Shown here: positions 10,661 through 22,819 of the stretch, piece after piece
Position numbering within the stretch: position 1 is the first letter of the stretch
How the letters are laid out: the number at the start of each line of letters is the position of its first letter
DNA from: Rhodosorus marinus CCMP1338
Lineage: Eukaryota > Plantae > Rhodophyta
Direction: 5' to 3'
Assembly: GCA_029953675.1 (NCBI GenBank)
Contig: JAMWBK010000004.1
Location: forward strand, 1,488,001 to 1,552,000
DNA: 64,000 nt
Made by a program: the position numbers and the translations under genes
Notes under the pieces: generated by a model
What the model was told of the DNA's origin: nothing
What the model saw: the letters and a program-made list of their open reading frames with translations, nothing else
Databases searched by the model: none

Positions 10661-12381
10661 CTACATCAGGTCCTCATCGTCATTGTACGGCACCACATCG
10701 TCCTCACTTTCCGACAGCTGCAAGCTAGAATCCATGGTGGACTCCACGGCTGAATCCCCACGTTCTGGCTTCTCGTTCTTACCGTCCAGAGGCACCACAA
10801 TGTCCATTTCCAAATCGCTCAAGCCGTCACCATCACCTTTCGATTCACGCCCCTGCTGCGCTCCCTGGGCCGTCTGTTTGGTCGTGCCGCTCCTAGTCTC
10901 CATTGGAACGGATCCGAGGCCGGCGAGAGATCGCATCAACGGTGGCTTGGCGTTTGAGAACGCTGTTGGCTCATCAGGTCGAAGCGGCGTGACAACGCTG
11001 GAGTTGACTGGCTGTGGTTTGGCGGATGCAGTCGGTATTGATTCCGTTGAGTGAAGAGGTATGATGACGTTCGAGTTTGCGGGGATCGTCGGGGCCAACG
11101 TGCGCTCCTCCAGCTCCTTAGAGTCCACAGACAAGTATAATACCTTACCCTGCCCTTGCACCTTGTCTTGTGTGGGGAAAGCGGCGTTCGCGTCTACTCC
11201 CGAAGCACCGGGAGCAGTTGCTGAAACATTTATATCCTCAACAGCTTGTGCAAGCGCGAGTGGGTCGGATTCTTCTCGTCTAGGTTTGAGGACTTCAAGA
11301 TCTTCAGATACTTCAAGAGCAGCTCCTAAATCTCGCAAAACAGCACAAACTTCAGCCAAAACACATCAACATGGTAAGAATCTTATTGGTTTGCACTAGG
11401 CTCACTTTGGCCCTTGATATCGAACAGTTTAGAAGCTGAGGATGGGATTAGAGAGTCCACTCCTACTGAGCTTGGAGCGAGTGGTGATTGTACACCGTCA
11501 GCGGAAGAATCAAGGTCTAATCCTCTTCGAGCTCTGGAGATTTCCCGGTCTCTCTCGCTATCGTGTTCGAACTGGTCGGAAATCACCGACCGCGCGTGGG
11601 CCGCTGCATCTTCCAATAGCTCAGCTTGGAGGCAGACAAACTCGTTCAATATTGGATCAATCACTTCTAAAAGCTTCTCGTGACACTCCACAGCACCGTT
11701 CACCGCCTTTTCATGCAGAACTGCGTAGGCATTAATGGCTTCCTTCAACATTTCTCCAGAGGATACAAACTTTTGCTCCTTGGAAGATTTGCTAGTATTC
11801 GTTTCATGCTTGACCTCAAGCTTTCCAACCGTTTTCAGCGCTTCATCTCGAGCTCGAATCATCGCTTTCACTGCTTCACACTCCTTGATGTACTCGTTCA
11901 GTACCCTGAGAACCTGCGTATTGAACATTTCTAGAAGTTGATCCTCCACAGCTTCGCTTATTGCCCGATTCACGTCGCTGAAGCTCTCCGCCAGTTGTCT
12001 TGAGGGGTTCTTAGGACCGTAGAACAAGCAGAACTGATCCCCAAGTTTGGATGCCGATGTGGCAAGATTAAGCCAGTGATCTCTGTAATTCTGACAAGCA
12101 TGACAAAACGAAACTGTCAGTCGGACCAACGATAGTCGCCTATGTCGAGCAGGCAAGCGCAAATCAGCTGCGCCAGGGCATACCTTGGATATTCGGCTAA
12201 GCTCTTCCACGGCCGTAGTCTCCGTCTCAAACTGAGACCTTAGCGACTCAAAATCCTCCACCTCGATCTTGTTCCCCTTCCGATCAGATTTTTTCCTGGA
12301 CACAATCCTCTTCACCTTGTCCAACGGATTCAGCGCGTTTATCCGTCGGCTACGCCTTCTCCTGTGATATGCGTCCTTCAT
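10661..12381 (-). CDS. BAR-domain (amphiphysin-like) coiled-coil protein with a low-complexity C-terminal tail
   Basis: ATG at 12381. Helical region EDFESLRSQFE..NYRDHWLNLATS..VLRVLNEYIKEC..IRARDEALK. Introns at 12183-12091 and starting at 11405; TAG at 10661-10663. The family call rests on helical pattern only. Confidence 0.65.
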
Positions 12382-13385
12382 TCTTTCCAAAGCTTCTTGG
12401 TTCTAAAAACTGGCCCTCTTTCCTCCTCCTCTCCCAGATATCCGTGATTCCCTCTTCAGTAGCTACTCAGCAGCAAAACAGCCAGCGCTTCTCCTCAAAA
12501 GTTCGTTTACTTCCTCTTAAAAACCTTCCAAAAACTGGCAACTAAAAGCTTTGTCCTGCTCGTTCGTAAAGCATCCGCACACAACCCAGCGCACGAAGCC
12601 GACGCATGTCTAATGGACATTCCGGTGGCAAAGCCGAGATTCCTTGAGCGATATTCTGATGAGCTTGAGTTCCAGCACAGATGAAAGTCGTCCACGCGCT
12701 AAGCTGCGGCAGACTTTTTTTTTCTGTTGATCTCAGCGTGAAGCCACGAACTCTTCGAAACCCTTGTCTGGTTTGTTCTACGCTTTGCGCTTGTACTAAG
12801 AACGCTTGCGTTGGTTAGTAAGGAGCTACTGATGGGTTGGTTGTCAGACCACAGGTGAAGCAAGCAGTCTGTACTTTGAGACGAGTTGGGCTTCTTCTCA
12901 GTTCCACAGCAAGATGGACTACATTAAGAAAACCCACCATGGCGTTTTGTACCTGCAGTGAGGGTTTTTCCGTTAGTCAAGCGGGTCCGAGCTTGTCTCT
13001 AACGCATTGTTGTTGAATGGCTTTGGATTCCACAGCGTATGGAAACAACATGATCATATGTTAGCTTCTGTTGAGCGTCTCGGCTCTCAACTAGATTCCG
13101 AAACGGCCGAGGATTTGGGCTGCTGTCCATCTCCCTCAACCGAGGCCCCATTGTTTGACTGATTGCAGCGGCTCATGACTTTGATGGATAGAGTGCACTC
13201 TTCAATAGGCCAAACTCATATGTGCTATCAAGGGAATCCAAATATTGCGTCCAGCAGGCATTGCAAAGTGCCACAGGGTTCGTGGTGAGTTTTGGATCAT
13301 AATTGCTACAGGGCAATCTTTGCCTGGGAATTTGATTCACAGGATCGAAGCCAGTCCCTATCACCTTTACAAATGCGAAAAAAAT

Positions 13386-14310
13386 TATAGGGACTTACCA
13401 TACAAACTGCACACTTTCAAGATTGTAGCTTCAGATCAGCACTTCATTATCGCTGCTGCACCTTCAAGAGACATCTTGGTCCAGGCTCAGAGATGTTCTC
13501 ACACCCCACAGCGTGACTTGTGCTTTAGAGACACAAAAGTACCCCAGATGGCAGTTTTTATTTTCTTAAAACCAAAGAGTCTCTCCTCAAAATAGAGGAA
13601 AACGACCGCTTCGGGAGAGAAAATCAGGACGACTGGAGTCACAACACTGGATATCTCTGATGCTCTGGGAGAGGAGGATGCGACGTTTAGACCAGAGCAT
13701 TTTGATTTTTGAATATACTACGCGTGAAAGCACTAAACGGCATCGACCAGGTTATTCGAGAATCCAACTCTGACCCAGAAGGTCCGAGCCTGAGCCACCA
13801 ACAACGGCACTGGAGCTCTCCAAGTTTCCACCAGTTAACATTGTCTAGTACGCCAGAAGCCATGTTCCACGGGGGAAGTGCAAGAGTCAACAACGCTGTC
13901 ATAACAGCGTTCCCTGACCCGTACACGGCGCTGATCAGTGTCGTGTTGAGCAATGTACTCTTTGAGGAAAGCTTTTCGAGCATAGAAATCCCACACTTTC
14001 CGTGAGGCCTGGAATACTTCAGGGTCTAGGTTTCCCTCGCTGCGTTAATTCGCGAATAGAGTAGAGACGGTGGCGTCAACCAACGCCCCTGTCGAGGAGG
14101 ACTTCTCTCTCACGAGGTACGACGAAGACGGAAAATTAACAACTTCTCACCTCCAGGAGGACACTACAGCCAGATGAAGGAATCAGTGTCGCGTGTATGT
14201 GGCCAAGCCGATGAGACTAGAAAGTAAAAGCTCGAGGGAAGCGCCTATAGTGACTTTCACGCAAACTGCACTATTGCAAGATTGTTACTTCAGATCAGCA
14301 CTTCATTATC
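13386..14310. repeat. Diverged ~65-bp direct repeat pair (13386-13451 and 14246-14310)
   Basis: An identical 23-bp core, cttcagatcagcacttcattatc, occurs at 13429-13451 and 14288-14310, with further matches upstream. Confidence 0.85.
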
Positions 14311-14549
14311 TACGAAATACCTTTGCGGGGAATGAAAATGAGAGGATCTGGGGATCAGCAACCCTGAGAACATGCGGTCTTCCATCGGTGAACTCCACAG
14401 TTGAGACTCCGGGACGCCGTACAGCGAATCCACAAATCTCATCGCATACTAAGGGCGCAAAGTCAGTCCTGGCCAGCACATCGGGGGCAACGCAGGTTGT
14501 CATAAAACGTCCGATAAAGGCTACCGGACGTGTTGGATAACCGAGAAAC

Positions 14550-15100
14550 TCCGTACAGTATCGAATAAATGAAGAACAAATTATCGGATGCTTCCATGAA
14601 AATATTTGAAAAACCTGTCTGAATTCTTGGCTGTATCTGACCTTTGTTTTCAAAGATTTAACAACCACGTATATCCAATTGTATTCGTTAATTGAATACT
14701 ACAGGTACTAGAATCTTTATCGGACAAAACCTGACAAACCACTAAATTGTGCAAAATATGCCCATCATTAATATGATTAATATTATATGAATAACCGGCT
14801 TTTGACAATGCAGGAAAAGCACTTATTGCCCCCAAAATTCTAGAAAAAGACAGCAAAAACAAGCAAACTCGGGAAGAAAATTGATGATATTGATTGAATT
14901 GATATGGATCGCCCTTATTGATTGAGTGGATTTTTTCTCGCGTTTAATGTCCTGACAGAGAACGCATTCTGAGGGGGTGTATATAAACTCGGAAATCTGC
15001 CGCTTGTTTTTCTTTTGTGGTATTGGAGAAGGTTTGGGAGGGAGCTAGCTGGTGGTGGGTCTTTTTTGGGGAGGAGGGAAGGGTTGGGGGGAGAAGGTGA
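14550..15100 (+). promoter_or_regulatory. AT-rich island, TATA box (14980-14987) and G-quadruplex motif (15068-15091) upstream of PI4K
   Basis: tatataaa, followed by GGGG-agga-GGG-aa-GGG-tt-GGGGGG. Confidence 0.5.
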
Positions 15101-15559
15101 GGGAGGGTCAGGAGGGTTTTTAGTATCCTAGATGGATTCCAGAGAGGATTTTGGATGCTCTTGAGGGATTCGCGGATGAGGATTTAGTTCCTTCGGTTGA
15201 TTTTTTTTGCTTGCGGTTGAGAGAGGTTGTGGGGGTGGAGGGGAGGTGGGGTGTGTGGGGTGTGTGGATTGTGGAAGGAGTGAGAGCTATCTGAGTGAAA
15301 TCGTGCATGCATCACGGTTTTCAGTTTTGGTTTGTGTGCTGAAGCGGTTAGGAGATTGGTGTAGGTGGGGTGCTTTGGAGACGGTTGTTGCTGTTCGAGA
15401 ACGGAAAGTTGTTGGTATTGGTCATTCGATTTGCTCTAGCTTTACTACCATTGTGTGTTTGAGGCTGATGCGATGCGAGAACTTGTTGGGAAGTAGTAGT
15501 GTTCTTGCTGTAAAGGAAGAGTTTTGTGGCTTGGTGCGGGCCCTGGTTTATATGCTGAG

Positions 15560-18270
15560 ATGGAGAGGTCTCCAGAGGTTCAGATAAGGAACTTAGACTT
15601 GGATCCAAGGTTTACGTCCAGAACCTCTTCTGCCGACCTTAGCATGGGGTGGCTCCTCCGTCTCTTCAGGTCGGATTTTTTTGATGCGTGGATGGCTGTC
15701 TCGTACCTGTACCGGTACAGACGGAAGCGCGGAGTTTTGGATTATTTATGTAATGAGCTCTATGTCGTGGAATACGGGGATTTGGAGAAGTACCTTCCAC
15801 AAATATGGTGAGATGTAGCCACATGTGTACAGAGTGACTTCACGGCTCGATGTTCTTCAAGCTGAACCGGAGATTCTTGCTTGTTTCGCTGTAGTCATAT
15901 GATTGTTTACCACTTGAAAGGGAATCCTACGATCGAGCGCTTTTTGATGGATAAGTGCTCCTCGTCCATTCATTTTGCGGTTCAAGTTTACTGGTTCCTC
16001 GAGGCTGCTGTGGAGGATTCTACCCGTAAGAATTCCAAGAAGGCTATCGAATTTAGAAGAAAACTTAAGGCACAATGCGAAACGAGTGCGGTTAACGGCC
16101 CTTCCAATATGAGAACAGAGGACGCTCTAGACACCGAAATGGCACAGACACTAATTGCCTCCAACTTCAACGAGTCTCAAGGACAGCTGAGTTCCCTTGA
16201 GGAGGAGAATGGTATAGAGGTGAGAATGCTCGGAAGATTCAAAGAGGGGGAAGATTTTCTGATACGACTCTCCTGCCGGCCTGCGCCCTGCGGTGTCTCA
16301 TCCAGTTATTTCGAACAGCGCCTCGCCTAAGGCGGTCGCGATCTCTGGACACCATAGCAGAGACGGAGGGCAAAATCAAGAGCTTTGGGCAGCTCATTCC
16401 GGTTCAGAGAAGTGTTGATGTTTCCCCTGTAGGAACTCCTGGATCCAGATTCAGTGGAGACACTGAATCCTTGCTTGGCTCTGGCAAGAATGGGAGCGAG
16501 CAGCTGGATTATTATGATCTGCACCTGTCTGAGTCTCAGCTGCGGAATATGAGCGCAAGGGCTCTGCGGAGGAAGATTGAAATAGTATGTGAACCTGCAG
16601 GGGAGAGGAAGGTTGAGCTCGAAAGCTTGAAGCTGTTGACCATAAAACAGGAGAGGTGTGATTATTTTAATATGTGTATAGCTTTGATGCGTTCCCTAGT
16701 GAAGATATCTCTCTCGATGATGAATTATCCGGATGCAAAGAGAAAAGAGAGATTGCGCGAGGAACTGGAGACCGTGGACAGCTTGATTTTGGACCGTAAG
16801 TCCGCATTCCACTGGTGATGATTCTCTACCTTGACAGTATCGGGATTCTTACCACCGACCTCGTTTGTATCGTGCACAGAGATGGTGAAAGAGCTAGAGA
16901 ATAAGACGCCTATGGGAGTAGTGGAGGCAGGGCCCAGTGCATACCTAAGGGCTCCACATATCCCTCTGATTCGGTCTGGAAAGCCCGCGGTAAGGGTTCT
17001 TCGGACGCTCCCAGATGAATGCGTTGTTCTTAGCACGAAAGCACGTGTGCCATACATGCTATATGTAGAGGTTCGATTGCACCATTCTTTGTCTCGGGGA
17101 ACGAAAACCACGTTGACTTGTGAACTGCTAACATGCGTATCTTCCTGGATTGCAGATTGTACACTGTAATATAGTCAATTGTGATGTAAACATCTTCTGC
17201 GAACATCTTGTCTCGGACCAGCTGATATTTCCTTCGCGGGTTATTCCACCTTCGCCTTCGAAGACCTCTTCCAATGTAGACAAGGCTGAGAAGACGAGGC
17301 GGGCCCTCATAAGGACTGTTTTCGGGGAGCTGAGGGAAGACAAGGAAAAACGGCTGCTTGGCACGTCACCCTTCGACGGCATACCTAATCGATCAATTTA
17401 CGCCTTCATCGTCAAGGCGAATGATGACCTGAGACAAGAACAGCTCGCAATTCAGTTGATCAACGCGTTCGACTCCGTCTTCGAAATGGAGAAAGTGAAT
17501 GCTCTCTTAACTCCCTTCACGATAATTTGCTTAAGCTCTGACGCCGGGCTTGTCGAGCTGGTTCCGGACGCAGTTTCGATACACACTGTGAAGAAACGAA
17601 CGCCGGACTTTCGGTCTTTGAGAGACTTTTTTGAGAGAGCTTTTGGCCCCGTGACTTCGTCGCGCTTTGTGGCAGCTCAGAAGCGCTTTATCCAGTCACT
17701 AGCTGGGTATTCTTTAGTGCAATATTTTATGCAGGTAAGATCCTCGGATTCGCTAATCTAGAACTGCGCAAGCCGTTATGCGCTTTTCTGACATTTGGGT
17801 GTTTTGCGTCTGATGGGCAGATAAAGGATCGTCACAATGGAAACATCCTGCTGGGTAGTTCCGGTAAAATCGTGCACATTGACTTCGGGTACATGTTGTC
17901 AAACTCGCCAGGGGCGATCAATTTCGAAACTGCGCCGTTTAAACTCAGTGGGGAGTACCTGGAAGTCCTCGGAGGAACGAAGAGCAGGGGCTTTGCATAC
18001 TTTCAGGAGGTATTCATTGCCGGATTCTTTGCAGCCAGAAAACATCACGAGGTCTTCATCACGCTTGTGGAAATCATGGTGGAAGGGACGAACATGCCCT
18101 GCATGAAAGGAAGCAAGACCCTGGTTGAATCTCTGCGCAGGAGGTTTTTCCTGGGAATTCCGGAGAAGGAGGCGCTCAGCAAGATAAAAGCACTCATTGA
18201 CGAAAGCTGCAACAACTGGAGAACTGCTCAATATGACAACTTTCAATACATGACTAACAAGATCCTGTAA
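15560..18270 (+). CDS. PI4KB: Phosphatidylinositol 4-kinase type III beta (Pik1-like)
   Basis: N-terminal WLLRLFRSDFFDAWMAVSYLY helical domain; LSTKARVPYMLYVE; IVKANDDLRQEQLA; QIKDRHNGNIL; HIDFG; FETAPFKL; YDNFQYMTNKIL*. Confidence 0.95.
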
Positions 18271-18561
18271 AACGATAAAAAATGCGAAATTCAATTGACA
18301 TCGACTCGAGTCTCAAGAAACAGTCCAGAAACTCCAGACCCCGATCTCCTTGAGAGAGAAGCCCGCTTCCAAAATTAGCAACTCCGCGAAGAGATTCATC
18401 TTTGGGTCTCTGCCCGTTTCCAAAGCTACGTCTTTCTTGGACGCGATTCATAAGCATCCGGTTGTTGATTCAATGTCCTTTTGGTTTGACAAATGGCAAA
18501 TTCTCATTAGCCAGATCCTCTTGCCCAGATTCAGAGAAAAGAATATCACGCACAGTATTCC

Positions 18562-19006
18562 TTACAGGAAAGTACGATAAATATCACTCTTTTTCATTTC
18601 TTTATTCATAATTTCCAATGCCCAAGGAATGCATGTGTAAGCAGGGGGGGAAGAGATTTTTCTGAAAACCCTCCTAGGGAAGAATGAGGCTACATTAATG
18701 ATTTCGATTCCTTGACCTAGGGGTCGAACAGATTCAATTACTCACGGAAATAGACAATTAGAGATTCCCGTTAAAGCAGTGCAGACCTGCTTTTCTGTCA
18801 TGACATCTGTAGAACCTCCCCAACCCGCACCCCACCCCCACCCCCCAACATCAAATCCCGATCGTTCCAAGAAGAGAACGACCGTCAACACTAACCCCTT
18901 CTCACCAAATCAAAAACGCAACAAAAACTTTAACAACACAATTTATTAAATACTCAACCCCTCCCCTATCAAACAAACCCGATTCCACGCTTTTCTTATC
19001 TCCCAT
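18562..19006 (-). CDS. Candidate small spliced gene of unknown function
   Basis: Exons 18806-18746 and 18673-18562 join in frame across a 72-nt GTGAGT..TTCCCTAG intron: VMTEKQVCTALTGISNCLFP|RVFRKISSPPAYTCIPWALEIMNKEMKKSDIYRTFL*. The first exon is uncertain (ATG at 19006, MGDKKSVES). Confidence 0.35.
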
Positions 19007-20195
19007 TCCCTCCGATGCTACTGCTGAATACCTTCCAACTTCAAAACTACTCAAAAACAAAAAAGGACGCCCATATCGATTGCCGAACAATATAATGATT
19101 GAGTAGTTCTGCGATGCCGCGATTATAGGGTTTGGGGGTGAGGGGGGTGGGGGATGTCTAGACGGAAATACCTCACTCTAGAGGGTTTCTATTTTATCAT
19201 TCCGTAGAAGCCAAAGAAAAAAATACGAATTAAATTTAAATAAAAGAAAATATGCAAAAGGGAATATTGATATTAGGGGGGGTTATTTTTTTGTCGTCGG
19301 TTTGATTTTGGAGAAAAGAAGAGAAAATGGGGAGGGGGTCTTATTTTTTTACCTTGTCAGTTTTTATTTTGGAGGAGGAAGGGGAGGGAGGAAGGAGGGG
19401 AAGAGGTATAGTAAGGGGGGTGCGGTGTTTTCTGGTTTTCTAGTCATCCTTCGTGGTAAAGGGGAGGAACTTTTTACGTCTGCTTGGTGTTGGATTACGT
19501 AGTTGTTTTTTGGCTTTTTTGGGGAGGGGGTGGGGGGGGTTGTTTTCCTTTTTCGTGTTCTCCTTTCATTTTCTTATGGTTGCTGTTGCTGGTTGTTGCT
19601 TTGCGTTTTGTCTCTCTATGTTGGTTGTGGGAGAGTTGAGAGAGATGGCTAAGATGTGAAATGGGGAGGGTTGCGTTGAGAGTAGGAGGGAGTGGTGGGG
19701 GAGGTGGAGAGGTAATTTTACGGAGTTTGTTTTACAGTAGAGTGTTTTCTATCCTTTTTTGGTAGGGGCGATGATGGGGGATTGAGTTAGAGTGCCTTTC
19801 GGTTCTTGGAGTTTTGGAGTCTTTTGATATATCGATAAGATTTTTGTTTTGGATTTGGGCCACCGAGGATCAGAGGGAGTTACTTTCGGGAGTCTTTGTA
19901 AACGGAGTTACTTCGGATTGTTTAGGAGGGTGTTGGTGAGGAGGTGAGGGGTTGAGGAGGGTGAGGGCTGGTATTGGAGGTGTGCAGGGCAATGATGGGG
20001 CTTTCTTTGTAGTTTGTGCTTGTTCAGGTTCAGTTGTGCGGGGGCTTTAGTTTGCGAAGTGAAGGTTGGAACTCCTGTATAGTAATTATTTTGTCGACGC
20101 CTTGCCTGGTGAGGAGGCACGGTTTTGGAGTTCTATTCAGTTTTGAGTTTAGGGGGGCGGGGGGGCTCTTTGGGAGAGGTGTGATGTGAGGGGCA

Positions 20196-22315
20196 ATGGG
20201 GTTGGCGCGGACGTTGCGGAATTTGACTATTGGGTCTTCTAAAGGTAATAAGCAGAATCCCGCAGGTAATGCTGACCGTGCGAGTGAGCCCGCAACGGCT
20301 GAAGAGGAGGTACTTGGGCGTGGAGAGTCCAAAGCCATCAAGGAGTCTCTTTCGGGGTTGGACACGAAGGATCTGTATTTTGAGGCAGACGATCTTAGGA
20401 CGGATGCAGATATTGTGGATGAACCCTCTGTTTTAAAGAACTTACCGGCTTACAAAAAGAAGACGAGATCAAGACCGCCGCCGCTCGTTACACAGGAAGG
20501 AGGAGCTGGCGGGTTCGGGCCGGGTGTGGTTCCTAGCTTGACTCCCCCAGCTTTAGCCATCCAAGGTGTTGAAGGTAGGTTTCTGTTTTGCTAGATTCAA
20601 TTTCTCTTGTATTAGATGTCTATAGACTACGCGGCTCTTGAGGTCCTGCGGATTCCTGTGTTCTAATGACTTCGTTATGTGCATTTGCCACGTTTTAGAC
20701 CGGTCGGACTCGAATCCGTTCGGACCGAATTATGGTGATTCTCAAGGAAGGCTAAATGATCCGCCCAGCAACCCTTCAACAAGCGGGTCGAGCTTCCTTC
20801 CTGCAAGGAAGACTTCCAAAATGAGCGGTGATGCGCCTGCTGTTAGTATGAAACGGGGAAGCACCAAAACAGAGTTTACTCATAAGCAAGTACAGGGAAG
20901 AGAGGAAGGAGTTCCCACAGGAACAGCGATGAAAGAGGGCAAGGGAGCGGGCAACAAAATGCCTTCTTTGAGGGTTGCAGTTCCAGGCGGTTCAGTTGGT
21001 CCACTTGCTGCTGTGCCCGGATCTGATTTGTACAGAAAACCAAACGACTTGAGGCCGGCTTTTCGCGACCCAGATGAGCCCGGTAATATGCCAATGGCAA
21101 AGGGACTGGACTTGAGTCTCGACTTGCCTAGCATGGAGATTGAGGAAGAGGAGGCGAACCGAGGCCCCGAGGTGAAAACTGTTGTAGAGAACGAGTTCGT
21201 TTTCGGACAGGAGATTTTTGGTAGCGACGGAGCCTTCCATGACGGTGGCTTCCGAATAACCAAGGGGGGGATCGTTCAAGCGCCTGGAATGGAGCGTAAA
21301 AGCTCAATGGGAGAGCTTGTTGACAACGTCCCCCCATCCACGACGAACATTATTTACATTAAGTCCCTAAGGGACATTGACTATATTGCGACCCTTGGAG
21401 CGGGTGCCTCAGGGCAGGTTGAGTTGGCCGTTCATAAACAGTCCAAGAGCAAGATGGCCGTTAAAATTGTTAACGTCTTCGATGAGGAGCGAAGAAAACA
21501 GCTTCTGAAAGAGCTCGAAACGCTGACAACCTACGTGAGCAGATTCCTGGTCAGGTTTTACGGCGCCTTCTATGACGGTGGCGGTGCCGTGCACGTTGTA
21601 CTTGAATATATGGACAGCGGATCATTGGACGAGGCGATCAAGGTTGGTGGAAAGGTTCCCGAGGCTGTAACAAAGCAGATTGCTATGCACTGTCTCCGTG
21701 GACTGTCATTCCTCCATCAGTACAATGTACTACACCGAGACTTCAAGAGCGCAAACATACTATTGAGCCGGAGATTAAACAGGTCGAAACTGGCGGACTT
21801 TGGACTGGCCAAGGAGCTCGGGGAGGTATCCAAAGCGGCGACGTTCGTGGGTACAATGGCGTACTTATCCCCAGAGCGGTTGAAAGGATCACAGTACACG
21901 ACGGCTGGGGACGTCTGGGGTCTCGGAATCTCCATATGCGAGTGCCTGCTTGGGAGGTTCGTGAGTTTCCCAAGACGCGATTGGGGGGGAAGAAGGTCAG
22001 AAACGCCTAACAATCTTCAATTTGTGTTTACTGATTAGGTATCCGTTCGAAAAGCCGGATTCGTACTTCTCGTACCTCGACAATGCCATGATGGGCGATT
22101 CTCTTCTACAGGATGCGAATATTTCAAGTGAGGCGAGAGATTTCCTTTCTCTTTGCCTCCGAGTTGACCCGAATGGAAGACCTAGCGCAGCGGAGCTCAT
22201 GAAGCATCCCTTCGTTGCTGGACATGATGCTCAAGTGCGTGAATTTACTGCGTGGTTGGAAGGAGTGCTACAGAAGAAGAAGCAGCGTCTCAGATCTTCG
22301 AAGAGTTCAACGTGA
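20196..22315 (+). CDS. MAP kinase kinase (STE7/MEK family) with a long N-terminal extension, 3 exons
   Basis: Motifs LGAGASGQV, MAVK, FYGAFY, LEYMDSGSL, HRDFKSANILL, DFGLAKELGEVSKAATFVGTMAYLSPERL and DVWGLG. Introns at 20575-20698 and 21957-22038. Confidence 0.9.
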
Positions 22316-22692
22316 GGTTGCCGTTGATCCGTATCAAGGAGGAGATGAAATAGATACGGTGTACATATCAGCTATCGTGTAAAACTAATCTTTGTCCAAC
22401 ACAATTGGCGTTTCATAGCTAACCCCAGACTGACGTCGAGAAGTAATAAAGGCAATAACTTGCTCGTTTGCCATATTCCCTTCGTCTCCCTATCGGGCAG
22501 CGCTTGTCAGAGAATGCATAAGCGAATGCCACAAATTGGGGGGACAACGTGGGAGAATTTGTAGGGCTAAAATGATGAACTATGCCTCTGCGTCTATTAA
22601 GAAACTTGTTTAGACCAGCTTGATGATCCCTACCATGACCATGGCTCTTTCGGTTCCTGTTCAAGCATCGTTGAATCTTGCACAGAAAAACA

Positions 22693-22819
22693 GCCGTTGA
22701 ACGTACTGCCAAAGCCCCTAGATACTCTGGGGAGGAAGGAATCTCTCTTCCCCGTAAGCTGAGTACGCACGTTGATACTCAGCTTACAAGGAAGAGCTAG
22801 CTGTTGATCGTACTGCCAA
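22693..22819. repeat. Perfect 12-bp hairpin flanked by 20-bp direct repeats
   Basis: Inverted arms gtaagctgagta (22754-22765) and tactcagcttac (22776-22787). Direct repeats gccgttgaacgtactgccaa (22693-22712) and gctgttgatcgtactgccaa (22800-22819) match at 18/20. Confidence 0.8.

Noticed and set aside
15245-15268. ggggtgtgt repeats and a ccctaaa at ~29162 as telomeric or interstitial telomere repeats
   Set aside because: Only one or two units, within generally G- or C-rich tracts.
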